Source of the DNA: Blastocladiella emersonii ATCC 22665 | Lineage: Eukaryota; Fungi; Blastocladiomycota | DNA: 64,000 nucleotides | NCBI GenBank assembly: GCA_025594325.1 | Contig: JANHCV010000006.1 | Coordinates: forward strand, 1,674,001-1,738,000 | Direction: 5' to 3' | In this document: positions 47,462 through 59,456 of the stretch, piece by piece | Layout: each line of letters starts with the position of its first letter | Position numbering within the stretch: the first letter of the stretch is position 1 | The notes under the pieces: generated by a model | Database searches by the model: none | What the model was told of the DNA's origin: nothing | The model's input: only the letters and a program-made list of their open reading frames with translations | Translations under genes and position numbers: made by a program

Positions 47462-50400
47462 ATGGCCGCCACGTCCGAGCTGCGCGACTTTTCCTACGCG
47501 GTCTCGACGGACCTGGCGATCGCCGCGTCCGTGAAGATGTACGCGACGGCGGCGCCTGCCAGCTTCCGTGCGCGAGACCTGACGAGTGTGTGTCTCCGCA
47601 GCGACTCGCTCCAGGGCTTCTTTCCGCGCCCGACGCTCGCGCAGATCAAGGAGAACCCGTTCCGCGAGTTTGAGGCGGCCAAGTACGCGCGCCTTCTCCG
47701 CCGCACCGCTTTCTGCGAGCGCGATGCTGACGCGTTTGCCGTTAGCGAGCCGCACGACCTCTACGTGACCGTCGAGCTGCGCGCCGGGTCCAACTCGCTG
47801 TTCCTCCCGTCCAAGACCGGGTTCAGCGTCGTCGAGCACGCGCTGCAGCCCAACGCGTCGGTCAAGCTCAGCGAACCCGGAGTATGGCGGTACGCGCTCT
47901 GCCGGCTTTCTCGGACCTGGGTCATTATCTCACGCCTGCCTTCCGCGTAGCTGGTCCGAATGGGTCACCCTGCCGCGCCGCATCCGCGACCTGCCGCTCG
48001 ACGCCGAGCTCGTGTTCACCGTGTGGAACACGGTCGAGCCGCGCAAGCACGCGCCCGTCGGGCACTGCACGCTGCGGTTCTTTGACGCCAAGGGGTGCGG
48101 CCTGCCACAACGGGCGCCGAGTCCTCGAGCTTACGCCGCGTCGGGACCTGTGCGCGCGTGTGTAGTCTCCTCCAGCGCGGCTCGTTCCGGCTCCCGCTCA
48201 TCACGCAGTGGGATCCAGCGCCCGCGCCCGAGCCGGAAGCACTCGAGAACCTGGAAGCGGTACGACTTGCGCCCCCGCAAACGACGGAGACACTGATTGA
48301 CTGACTCGCCCGAACGCGAGGCAGATGTTCAAGCGGTTCGAGTGCGGCGACCTCGGCGAGGTCGAGTGGCTCGACAAGCTCGCGCTGGCGGAGCTCGAGT
48401 CGGCGCGCCAGGTCCGTCCCTCTCCCCTCGACTTCGGTCCCGACCTCGATGCTCACACGCGATCCCACCCCTCCTCGTAGGCGGAGCTCAAGCGGACGCG
48501 GCGGCTGTACCTGCACGTCGACCTGCCGCGGTTCGACTTCACGGTCGTGTACAACGAGATCCCGCTGTACCTCGCCTCCGACCCGCTCGGGCTCGCGTCG
48601 ACGGGCACGCTCAACGTGGCGACGCTCCCTGAGACCCCGACCACGCCCGCCCCCTCCACCATCCCCAACGCGTCCGGCGGGCTCGCGTCGTGGGCGATCC
48701 AGGACCCGGAGATTGGCCAGGAGAACCTGGTCGAGTCCAAGCACCGGACACTCGCGCGCAGCCACCGCACGGGGTTCGTGGACCGCAACCTCAAGCCCAA
48801 CTCCAAGATGCGCGACGAGCTCATGACCATCGTGTCGTACGCGCCGACGCAGCAGCTCACGGTCGCGGAAAAGGATCTCGTGTGGAACTATCGCTACTAC
48901 CTCTCCAAGGACAAGAATGTACGTTGCTCTCCGCGACGTGGTGTGGTTTGCGCGCTGACTGACGTGACGACGCGGCGTAGGCGCTGACCAAGTTCCTCAA
49001 GTCGGTGACGTGGACGGACGCGACCGAGTGCAAGCAGGCCGTGGAGCTGATGCAGGCGTGGGCGAGCCCCGACATTGACGACGCGCTCGAGCTGCTCGGG
49101 CCTGAGTTCGAGAACGGCGCGGTCCGCTCGTACGCCGTGTCGCAGCTCCAGCGCGCCGGCGACGAGGAGCTGTCCATGTACCTCCTCCAGCTCGTCCAGG
49201 CGCTCAAGTTCGACGGTACTTTGGGTGTTCTGGGACGCGTCGCTTCGTGGTCACTGATGCGGCCTACGCCTGTAGAGTCGGCAAGTCGCGCGGCGTCGGA
49301 GCCAGCAGCCGTCGTCAACCTCGCCGAGTTCCTCATCTCGCGCGCGGCGGCGAACCCGAACCTCGGCTCACTGCTGCACTGGTACCTCCTGTGCGAGACG
49401 TCGGGCAAGGCGCACGGCGCCATGTACAAGCGAATTCAGCAGACGTTTTCAGACCGGATCCTTGCGGTACGCTTCCCCCACACAACGCGCGACACGCCGC
49501 GAACACTGACTGACACCACGGCGACACGTGTAGCTGCCCGACGGGATCGCGCGGCAGGACGTACTGTTCCGGCAAGAGGATCTGGTGCGCAAGCTGACGG
49601 ACATTGCGAAAGAGATCCGCATGTCCAAGGAGACGCGTCTGCGCAAGGTGGAGCGTCTGCGGGAGCAGCTGAGCGACCCGCGGTACGGCCTGCTGTCGTT
49701 CCCTCCCCTCCCCTTGCCGCTCGACCCGGCGGTGCACGTCACGGGGATCGTGCCGGGGCGCGTCAAGATCTTCAACAGCGCGCTGATGCCGCTGCTGCTC
49801 GTGTTCCAGTGCACGGACGGGACCGAGTACCCGGTCATCTTCAAGGTCGGCGACGACCTGCGCCAGGACCAGCTGGTCATCCAGATCGTCAACCTCATGG
49901 ACAAGCTGCTGCAGAAGGAGAACCTCGACCTCAAGCTCACGCCCTACAAGGTGCTCGCCACGGGGCCCGACCAGGGGTTTGTGCAGTTCATCCCGTCCAT
50001 GTCGCTCGCCGCCATCCTCGCCGACTGCAACAACTCGCTCCAGGTGTTCTTGCGCAAGCATAACTCGGACGACTCGACGAGCTCGTCGTACGGGATCTCG
50101 GCCAACGCCATGGACACGTACGTCCGGAGCTGTGGTACGGTTTCGCGTCGCGTTCGCTCCTTGCACGCGCGTGGACTCACCCTTGGCGGTTTGTAGCCGG
50201 GTACTGCGTCATCACGTACCTCTTGGGCGTGGGCGACCGGCACCTCGACAACCTGCTGATGACGGGCAAGGGCAACCTGTTCCACATCGACTTCGGGTAC
50301 ATCTTGGGCCGCGACCCGAAGCCGTTCCCGCCGCCCATGAAGCTGTGCAAGGAGATGGTCGAGGCCATGGGCGGGGCGCAGTCGGTGCACTACCAGCGGT

Positions 50401-50672
50401 TCCAGAGCTACGCGTTTGTCGCCTACTCGACGCTGCGCAAGTCGGCCAACCTGATCCTCAACCTGTTGAATTTGATGGTCGACGCCAGCATCACGGATAT
50501 CGCCATGGAGCCCGACAAGGCCGTGGTCAAGGTCCAGGACAAGTTCCGACTCGATCTCGGGGATGAGGACGCGGCCGTCGTGTTCGCCGGCGTCGTCGCG
50601 GACTCGGTCAACGCGCTGTTCCCGCAGGTCATGGAGACGATCCATAAGTGGGCGCAGTACTGGCGGCGGTAG
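47462..50672 (+). CDS. VPS34: Class III phosphatidylinositol 3-kinase (multi-exon)
   Basis: C2 domain (LIT---W...LPIRDLP), helical domain ([30 protein letters not shown]), kinase motifs [21 protein letters not shown] and HIDFGYILG, and C-terminal HKWAQYWRR. Confidence 0.97.
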
Positions 50673-50752
50673 CGAGTCGTGAAAGTTCGTTTGTATATAT
50701 AATGGAGAGAGTCGTCTGCTGTATAGAAATGATATCGAAAAGAAAAGAAGAG

Positions 50753-52150
50753 CTACGCGTCGAGCGGCACCACCGCCGGATGCGTGATGACGAGGTACAC
50801 GTACTCGCCCGACGGATCGACGGCCGTCTTGGCGCCCTCAGCGCGCGGCGTGACATCGGGCGGCGTGCGCGTCAGGTCGACCCGCCCACGCACGAACAGC
50901 GGGCCGTCCACGACCATGGTGTGGAACTCGCCCAGCTCGCCGCACAGGTCGACGCCGTCCAGGTCCGCCGCCGGGTACAGCCAGTCGTCGAGCGCGGCGC
51001 GGTCCAGCGTGCGCCCGACGTGCGTGTGTGCGCGGGCCAGGGCGCGCGCGAGTTGGGCTGCGGTATCGTCGGCGCTGGGCTTGGCGGCGGCGACGGGTGG
51101 GGAAACGAGACGGCGACGCTGGCGCGGCGGCGGACCGCGGCCGGCCGACGGGCTCGCGGTCGACTCGGACGCCGCGTCGGACGAGGTAGCGGCAGCGGCG
51201 GGCGAGGGCGAGCGGAGGTCAGCGGCGGACCGTTTCTTGCGCAGCGGGAGGACGGCGGCGGCGGCGGAGCAGACGGGTGCAGCGGCAGTGGCCGTTGGGG
51301 ATGAGGAAGGCGAGAGCGACGACGAGGCGGCGCTGTCGGCCGCGTCCTCGATATCGGCCTCGGCGCCCGCAGCGAGTGTTGCCGGCGACGCTTCCACCTC
51401 GTCCTCATCAGCGGCGGATACTCCTGGTGCCGCCTCAGCCTCCGCCTCGTCAGCGCGGCCCCACGACTGCAGGAACCGGCGGACGTGGACACAGGTGAGG
51501 ACCGGGTGGATCCCCATGGCGCCGACGAGCAGATCCCACGCGAGCTCGCGGTCGATGTTCCACAGCGGGCACCAGAGGTGGACGCCGGCAGCCATGGCGG
51601 CGCGCGCCATGAACCCGGAGCACACGTCCATCATGTCGCCCGTGACCAAGATATCGACGTGCAGGCGCGCCATGGCGGCCGCGTAGCTCGCGGCGTAGTC
51701 GGGCCCGCGCACCTCGGCGAGCACGTGCGGCAGGCCCATGGCGTCGGCCTGCGCGGCGATCGCGGGGACCGGGTGCGAGAGGAAGTTGGGCGACGGCGGC
51801 GCGAAGGTCACGAGCGTCACGAGCTCGTAGGGGAGGTCGGCCGCGGGCCACGGGCCGGTCCGGGTCGGGATGGCGGCGACGGCGTCGCCGTCCCCCAAAT
51901 CGGCGGGGAGGCCGGCGCGCGCGCGGACGGCCGGGTCGCGCAGCGGGGCGAGGTCGAGTCCCGGCGGCGGGCAGCCGGGCGCGGTGGCAGCCTCGAGGCG
52001 CAGCGCCGACAGCAGCAGGTCCGGGCGGTGCAGCAGCAGGTGCAGCGTCAGCGTCGAGTCCTTGCCGCCCGTGAAGCACAGCGCGAGGCGCGGCTTGGTG
52101 CGCGGGGCGGACGCGGGGGCGTTCATTGTAGATGGGTTCATTGGCATCAC
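50753..52150 (-). CDS. Diphthamide-synthase-like (Dph6/DUF71) PP-loop adenine nucleotide alpha-hydrolase
   Basis: PP-loop FTGGKDS, LVTGD, CPLWNIDR, and GVDLCGELGEFHTMVVDGPLF, with an Ala/Ser-rich insertion. Confidence 0.8.
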   Translation of the reverse strand: MMPMNPSTMNAPASAPRTKPRLALCFTGGKDSTLTLHLLLHRPDLLLSALRLEAATAPGCPPPGLDLAPLRDPAVRARAGLPADLGDGDAVAAIPTRTGPWPAADLPYELVTLVTFAPPSPNFLSHPVPAIAAQADAMGLPHVLAEVRGPDYAASYAAAMARLHVDILVTGDMMDVCSGFMARAAMAAGVHLWCPLWNIDRELAWDLLVGAMGIHPVLTCVHVRRFLQSWGRADEAEAEAAPGVSAADEDEVEASPATLAAGAEADIEDAADSAASSSLSPSSSPTATAAAPVCSAAAAVLPLRKKRSAADLRSPSPAAAATSSDAASESTASPSAGRGPPPRQRRRLVSPPVAAAKPSADDTAAQLARALARAHTHVGRTLDRAALDDWLYPAADLDGVDLCGELGEFHTMVVDGPLFVRGRVDLTRTPPDVTPRAEGAKTAVDPSGEYVYLVITHPAVVPLDA

Positions 52151-52432
52151 TGGCGGGGGAGGAGCAGCAAGGGACGAGCAAATGCGGCCCGCTGATGAGC
52201 GGCAGACTGGACGTGGCGGCGGCGGAAGCGTGCGGCCCTGCAGCGCGGCACTGCGGCGCGGCGAAACCCGGCACGCGGGCTAAGCGCAAAACCGGGTCGC
52301 CGGCTGAAACGCTTTGGGGGAAACTCGGGTTCGCGCCACCACGTGCGCCCGTGGTTCGCGGTTTTCGCCCTCGGCTTCGCATGAGCAACGCGTCGCCGCT
52401 CTCGCTCTCTTGCAACGAAATCGCATGCGTCC

Positions 52433-53401
52433 ATGATGATCAACGCAGCCCAACGCATCGCCATGTCGACCCAGTCGGGTTCCGTGCGCCTGCCCGCGCT
52501 CGTCTCGGCCAAAGCGCTCGCCGACGCCCTCGGCGCGCACCCGCCGCCGTCGCGCGCCCTGCGCGTGCTCGACGCCTCGTGGCACATGCCCAACGCGAAC
52601 CGCGACGCGCTCGCCGAGTACCGCGCCGGACCGCGCATCCCGGGCGCGCGCTTCTTCGGTATCGACACCCACAAGGACCACGCCTCGCCGCTCCCGCACA
52701 TGCTGCCGCCCGCCGCCCAGTTCGCCGCCGCGTGCAAGCACCTCGCCGTCTTCCCCGAAACCCACGTCGTCGTCTACGACAACGCCGTGCCCGCGATCCG
52801 CAGCGCGTGCCGTGTCTGGTGGACGCTGCGCGCGCTCGGGTTCCCGCCCGCCCAGGTCTCGGTGCTCGACGGCGGGCTCGACGCGTGGGTCAAGGCTGGA
52901 CTGCCCGTCGATGCGACGCCGTGGACCGAAGCAAGCGAGGCTGACGCGGCGGCGCAGTTCGCGGGCGAGAGCGGTGCCACCTTCGAGCCCGTCCTGCAGC
53001 ACGACCTCGTCAAGGACATGAGCCAGATGCGCGCCCTGATCGCCTCCGACGCGGCGCGCATCGTCGACGCGCGGCCCGCTGGCCGGTTCGCGGGCACCGA
53101 CCCGGAGCCGCGCCCCGGCTTGCCCAGCGGCCACATGCCGACCGCCCACAGCGTCCCGTCCATGACTGTCGTCGACGAGCGCGGGTTCTTCAAGTCGCGC
53201 GACGAGCTGCGCAACTCTGTGTTTGCACGCGCCCTCGACGGCGCCAACGGGAAGCCTGTGGTTGCGACGTGCGGGTCGGGCGTCACCGCGTCCGTCCTCG
53301 CGTTCGCCCTCGAGCACGCCGGACTCGCGTCCAACGTGCCCGTCTACGACGGCAGCTGGACCGAGTGGGCGTCGTCGGGCGGCGATATTGTGCGCGACTA
53401 G
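52433..53401 (+). CDS. Tandem-rhodanese 3-mercaptopyruvate/thiosulfate sulfurtransferase (TUM1/MPST-like)
   Basis: Motifs VLDASWHMP, RIPGARFF, HMLP, VLDGGLDAW, DAR..GRF.G..PEPR, GHMP, active-site CGSGVTA and VYDGSWTEW. Confidence 0.93.
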   Translation: MMINAAQRIAMSTQSGSVRLPALVSAKALADALGAHPPPSRALRVLDASWHMPNANRDALAEYRAGPRIPGARFFGIDTHKDHASPLPHMLPPAAQFAAACKHLAVFPETHVVVYDNAVPAIRSACRVWWTLRALGFPPAQVSVLDGGLDAWVKAGLPVDATPWTEASEADAAAQFAGESGATFEPVLQHDLVKDMSQMRALIASDAARIVDARPAGRFAGTDPEPRPGLPSGHMPTAHSVPSMTVVDERGFFKSRDELRNSVFARALDGANGKPVVATCGSGVTASVLAFALEHAGLASNVPVYDGSWTEWASSGGDIVRD

Positions 53402-53445
53402 CGAGCGGTCAGAGTACACATATATATTTCTCGCTCAAACGTGCT

Positions 53446-54310
53446 TCATTTGCGCGATTTCTTGCTGCGCGCTTTCGTACTTGAGTGCAAAGCTCTGCGG
53501 CGGTGAATCAGCACGACAAGCTCCCTTGCGCGGGCTCCCATGGTGCTCACGGCTTCGTGCGCAGCCCAAGCTGCCACTCGCAGCTGCACCAACGCTACGT
53601 AGACGTCAATCATCTGCCCGACCGTCGCGGACGAGGCCCACGCAGACTGTGCACCCGCATCATCCGACTTTTCGTGCATGCGAGAAAGCTTGGCCTGCAG
53701 GCTCTCCACCTCCACCAACAACTTGGTTGCGCGCAGGCGAAGGGCAGAGCTGTTTTCCGCGAGTCGGTTGAACTCGGCTAGGACTCTTGGGCGGTCGCCC
53801 GCACTACAGCTGGCGAGCCTTCGACTTGTAGGGCCGCAATCTAATTCATATACAAGCTTGAGTTTCCAAATCGTATCTTGTACTTGTTTAGATGAGCTTT
53901 TAAGGTCGCAGTGAGCTCGGCGAACCGCTTCGTTGAGGTACTCGACCGCATCAAAGTCAAGGGTAGACACGTTGGCGTTCAGTTCGCCCGCGGAAAGGTA
54001 ATTGGAATCGAATGAGGTCGAAGTTGTGCCGGATTGTGCGAGTTCAAGTATCCTCATCACCCTGACTTGGGTTAAAAGTTGGGCGAGGTGTTCAGCGATG
54101 CGAGTGCGCCTTGGCATCCATGTCGATGTGGTGGGGAACATGCTCCAGGAAACACGGGATTACTTCGTTGATGTCGAGGTATTCTGAGGTTCTACCAGGG
54201 CGCGGAGAATAGTGCAAGTCCGCTGCGTCGTTGATGGCTGCGCTGATGAAAGTCTGAGTGCGAGGGTCGAGCTGCTCCGGTGCATTCAGATTGCTCGCCT
54301 GATATAACAT
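53446..54310 (-). other. Lower-GC orphan ORF region (231-aa ORF 53446..54141 plus an overlapping upstream ORF)
   Basis: The ORF is open for 231 aa despite visibly lower GC and weak GC3 bias, and has a coiled-coil-like stretch (LRLRATKLLVEVESLQAKLSRM). No family recognised. Confidence 0.3.
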
Positions 54311-54675
54311 GACCAAGGCTGTTCGTGTGCGGCTCCCGAGCCCCCAAAAAACTGCATTCGGACGACCGGATTGGTCGCTGTGGAAGTGGCGCAACGCGGT
54401 CACGCGCTCCTGGAGTGGCGCAGCCCTTCTCACTCACTTGCGACCCTCGGTCCGAACCGGGACGTTCTCGTTCGCTTGCCGCGACGCTATCCAGTCTGCG
54501 CTTTGCGCACTGGACAGGTCAGCAGGGGATTCTCGTCATGTCGTGCACCATTGGCTTCCGTGCATCCCTCCACGAGTTCGTGACGGTGAGCAGCGGCAAG
54601 CGAGCCTGTCAAGCAACAAATTTGATCGCGAGTCGAACACACATGTATTCCTCCTCGCCGGTTCCGCCCGCCCGC

Positions 54676-55708
54676 TTACTTGGTGCGCATGCGGTCCAGC
54701 GCCTCCTCCTTGCGCGCCGCGACCAGCGCGCGCTCTACACGTTTCGCGATCGTCAGCCAAGCCCACGTCACAGGGGAGTGCACCGCAGCGTACCGTCGTC
54801 GGCCGTCGCGTTGTACGCGATCGCGGCCTGGTTGAAGGGGTTCTCGGGACTCTTCTGCCACCGCTTCCAGAGCACGTCGTGGATCTACAGTCGTTCGCGG
54901 TGGCGGTGAGCACTTGTTGCCTGTGACGCGAATCCGCGAGCCGACGGACCTGGCTCAGGCGCAGGCCCGGGTTCTCCTTCTTGACCACCTCGGTCTCGCG
55001 CTCCTTGTACGCGAGCCACGCCGCTACACGATTCGCACCGTCAGTACACACCGCACGCCCACAACAAACCAGACCCAAGTAGTACCCTTGGCGCGACGCT
55101 CCGGGTGCCGGTCAATCTTATCCGACTCGCGGATCGCGCGGGACTGCGAGTTAGCCGCGGCGGACGGCGCGTCGATGGCGAGGTCGAGCAGCTCGAGGGC
55201 GGCGTCGAGGCCGGACGCCGAGAACTCGGGGGTCTCCTCGGGCTTGGCGAACTGGGCGACGGCCTCCTCGCGGCGCGCGGCGACCTTGGCGGCGCCCTTG
55301 AGCGGGGGCGGCGACGGCGCGGAGGCGGCGGATGGCGGCTTGACCTGCTCGCGCTTGCGCTGGTTGGACGCGACGGCGGCGCGATTCTTGGCGGCCTCGG
55401 CCTCCTCCTTGGCGAGCAGGGCGGCGGCCTCGGCCTTCTTCGCGAGCCGCTCGGCCTTCTTGCGCTCCTCGTCCTCGCGGCTGTCCTTCTTGGCGCCGCG
55501 CGACCACTCGGCCGCCTCCTTGGCCTCCTTCTGCGCGCGAACCTTGGCGTCCTTTTCGGCCTGCACTGACGCCTTCTTTTCCTTGGCCGCCGTGACTACG
55601 TCGTGGGGTGCGGATGTGTGAGGTGGAGTCGCGATCGGCCGCGCGCGCAGCAGCAGCAGCGGGTGTGTGAGTACCCTTGCTGTTCTCTCCCTTGAACTTC
55701 TTGGGCAT
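54676..55708 (-). CDS. CCDC124: Coiled-coil domain-containing protein 124 (Lso2/Oxs1 family), multi-exon
   Basis: MPKKFKGENSK|VTAAKEKKA..., ASGLDAALELL, IDRHPERRAK, LRLSQ, and WKRWQKSPENPFNQ. Confidence 0.88.
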
Positions 55709-55925
55709 CGTGTGGATCACGTCAATCGGTACTAAACATCAAGAGCGTGAGTGTGCATCAAGTTATTCCATCGCAGGGCAAAGCATACATGGCAGCGGTG
55801 GGGGTTGATGGAGGGGGAGAGCGCGGACGCGGCCGTCTCCTCAGCCGAACCGCGTCGAATCCGCGTCTATCGGCCGACCATCACTCGCGCCGTAAATAAT
55901 GAATGATATACCACTGTCTCCCAAA

Positions 55926-58900
55926 TCACTCGTCGCCATCGATATCGACATGCTCGTCCTCCTCATCATCCTCCGCATCCACGGCGGCGCGGTCATCGAC
56001 CTCCATCCCCTCCGCCTCCTCCGCCTCCTCGGCGAGCATCGCCGCCTCGGCCGCGATCACCGCCGACACCGCGGCCGCAGACTTGCGCGACGAGGTGCGC
56101 GCGGGCGCGCGGCGCGGCGGGGCCGACGCGATGCGGGACGCGGACTTGGGCGGGCGCCCGGGCCGGCGCTTGACGGGGGCCGGCGGCGGTGCAGGGACCT
56201 CCTCCTCCTTGACACCGTCAGCCTCAGCGTCGTCGTCGTCGAGATCGCTGATATCATCCGCATCGTCGGCCTCGCTGTCGCCCGCCGTCGTCACCTCGCG
56301 CCGGAGACTGCTGCTGGACCGGCCTGCGCCGCCGCCGCGTGCACCGGCGCGTGGACGCGCAGCGCCGCCGCGGGGCCGAGCGACGCGCGGGGACGCGGCG
56401 CCCTTGCTCTTCTTGGTGGTTGCCGCGGGCGGCGGCGTGTACGCCGCAACCACGTCGGGCCCGGGCCGGAGCGTGGCGGGGTCGACGCGCACGACGCCGA
56501 GCCCCGTGACGAACGCGAGCTTGCCCGCGCGCGCGAGCGGCGGGACGCGGACGGGGCGGCCGGCGACAGACGTCCAGGGCCCGGTCGCGGGGGTGCGCGC
56601 GGCGGGCGGGACGCGGCACGGCGGGCACGCGTAGGCTACACCGTCGGGGGTCGGGACCGGGTCGCAGTGCGGGTGGACGCGGCGGTTGCACGCGGAGCAC
56701 TGACGCACCCCGTCACCAGCGGGCGAGGTGGCGAGGCACACGGCGCAGTACTCGGCAGCGTCGATCTTGGCGTGGCACGGCGGGCAGAAGGACCCGACGT
56801 ACGTCTGCGCGTCGTCTCCCGCGACGTGCGCGAGCCCGCCGTCGACGCCGACGGCGTCGCACCCGGCACACGCCGCGCACAGCGGGCACGGCCACTTGCC
56901 CCGGGGCATGTCGGCGAGCGCGGGCTGCAGGCAGTACGTGTGCCAGCCGCGGTCGCACTGGTCGCACAGCAGCAGCTGGTCCTCGACGCCGGGCGACGCG
57001 CACACGGTGCACTGCTTGCACTCGGAGCAGTGCCACGGGTACGCCGAGACGCGGGCCAGCGTCGCGGGCGCCGTCACGTCCGCGCACCGCGCGTGGTACC
57101 GCCGCGTGCACGACGCACAGGTGAGTGGCGTCGCGAGAGCCGCGGGCGTCAGCGTCGTCGGCGACGTCGGCTCGGGTGCGGGCGTCGCCAGCGACAGCTT
57201 GCACTGCCCGCACACGGTCGGGTCGACGGGCACGACGATCACGTTGGCGGCGGCGGGGTCGACGACAGTGGCGGGCGACGCAGCACCGCCCGCGGGGGCA
57301 GCAGCACCGGCTGCCGCGCCAACGTTAGGCGACGTCTTCCCCGACCGCGATGCGCCCGCGACGACGGGCGACTTACCGCCGCCCGTCGACTTGCGCTTGG
57401 GCAGGTCCTCGGGCTTGAGCCCAATCTGGTTCTTGTGGTACTTGCACACCTCGCCCGCGTAGTTGACGAGGCGGCGGCACGGCTCGCCCGTGTACGAGAT
57501 GCCGGAGCAGTAGTTGGGGATCTTGGGCGGCGGCGGCTCCTTGGGCGGTTTGGGCGCGGGCGGGGGCGCGGGCTGCGCGGCGCGCGGCACCGCCGCCGGG
57601 TCTGCGGCCATGAGCAGCGGGTGGAACACGGCGCCCGCCGACCCGGCCGCGTACGCGGCGGCGGCCGCCGCGTAGTTGCCACCCATGGACGCGCCGCGCA
57701 AGTCGGCGTCGGTGCCCGACACGCCGTGCAGGACCGAGGTGACGGGGAGCGGCGGCGGGAGCGACGCGCGCGCGAGCGAGACGCCGGGAGAGCCCGTGCT
57801 GATGGTGTGCGTCGGCCGCGGGGCGCCGGGCGCGAGGAGCGCGGGCTGGAACCGGTGCGGGTACAGCGGGAGCGAGTGGCTCGCCTGGCCGTCCATGACG
57901 GCGAGCGGGTACGCGGCCGCGGCGGCGGGCGAGACACCCGCGACGGGCGTCCACTGGTCCTCTCCAGTCTCACCAGCGTCGCCTTGCGCGGCTGCTGCTT
58001 CGCGCGCAATGTCGGGGAAGTGGATTGCGGGCTCGACACGCGCCGCGGTCTCGGTGGCACCGGACCCCTTGCGGATCTGCACGTCGATACGCGTCGGCTG
58101 GGCGGCGGCGGGGACAAAGACGAGCCCCGTGTGCGGGTCGATGCGGGTGACGGCAGCCTGGGCGCGGCGCGTGTCGCGCAGCGTGCTGTTGAACTGGGCG
58201 GCCGACAGCGCGGCGTGGTACATCCACTCGGTGTCGCGGTCGGGTCCGGAGCCGAGCGGGACGAGGCCCTTGGACACGGCGAAATCGTTGAGCATCGGGA
58301 TCAGGCGCGCGGCGGCAGCGGCGGCGGTGCTCGAGGACGAGAGCGCGGCGGCGGCGGCCTGGTCGGCCTTGGTGCTGAGGACGAGGCGGCGGTGGCCCAT
58401 GCCGCCCTGGCGCAGCTCCTCGGTGTCGTCGGCGTCGTTGTCGCCGTTGGCGCCGGCGCCGTCGGGGTCCGAGTGGTACTCGCGGTCGCCGACGAAATAG
58501 TCGTCGCGGATGGCACGGCCGCGCTTGATGACCGTGTGGCCGAAGCGGCGGTACACGGTGCGCGCCGTCAGGATGGTGATGTTGCGCGACTTGAGGTGCG
58601 ACGACAGCAGGCCCTCGCCCGCCAGGTACTCGCGCTCGGCCTCGGTCGTCCACAGCCGCGTCAGCTCCGGGTGCTTCATGAACAGCGTGAAGCCGTCGCG
58701 CTGGCCCACGCACTTGGCCACGTCGGGCGCGAACATGTACCGGCGCGTCGGATGGCGCTCGGGCAGGATGAAGGTGGTGATCTTGAACTGGCGGTCTGCG
58801 GGTTGATGGGCGAGAGTCAGCTCGGTTCGCATCTGCAGTCACGGTTAGAGCAACGTACCGCCAGTGAGCACGCCGTCAGCCGTGATCCGCTCCTCGCCAA

Positions 58901-59456
58901 TGGGGTCGAGCTCGACCTCGGCCGCCTCCTCCTCCTCGACGGGCGGGTTGACCATGTGGGTGGCCGCAAGGCGCGCGCGGCGGCCCTTGGGCGGCGGGTG
59001 CTCGGCGTCGTAAACGATAGTCCCGTCGGGGTTGCGCGGACGGGGTGGGCGGCCGCGGCGCTTCTTCTTGGGCGGCGAGTCGGACCCGGGCGCGTCGCTG
59101 AGGTCCCCTCCGTCTCCCGAAGCGTTGCCCGCGGCAGCCGGCGAGGCGCCGGCAGGGTCGCCCTGGAGCGTGCTCTCGTCGCCCGCATCGTCGTCGGCCT
59201 CGGGGTCCGCGTCCGCGTCGGGATCGGCGTCGCCGTCGGCCTCGGACGGCTCGGTCACGCCCGACGCGGCACTGCGGCGGCGCGAGGGCCCGCGGGGCGG
59301 CGTCTGGGCGGCCGTGACATCGGCGGACCCGGCACGCGTGGCGCGGGGCGTGCGGCGCGAGGCCGTCGACGCCGAGGACCCGGGGCGGGCCAGGGGCGAG
59401 GCGGGGCCGTCGTCGCCGCCGACTGCGAGGGCAACGGACGCGGGTCGCTTGGGCAT
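55926..59456 (-). CDS. Chromatin remodelling subunit: Rsc7/Swp82 domain plus PHD-finger cluster
   Basis: Removing intron 58796..58858 gives DPIGEERITADGVLTG|DRQFKITTF...RDGFTLF...ARTVYRRFGHTVI..G..IRDDYF. The Cys/His cluster is CGQC...CASC..RYH..C...WHCSECKQCTVC...LLCDQCDRGWHTYCL...W.CPLC, followed by a further PHD. Confidence 0.82.
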
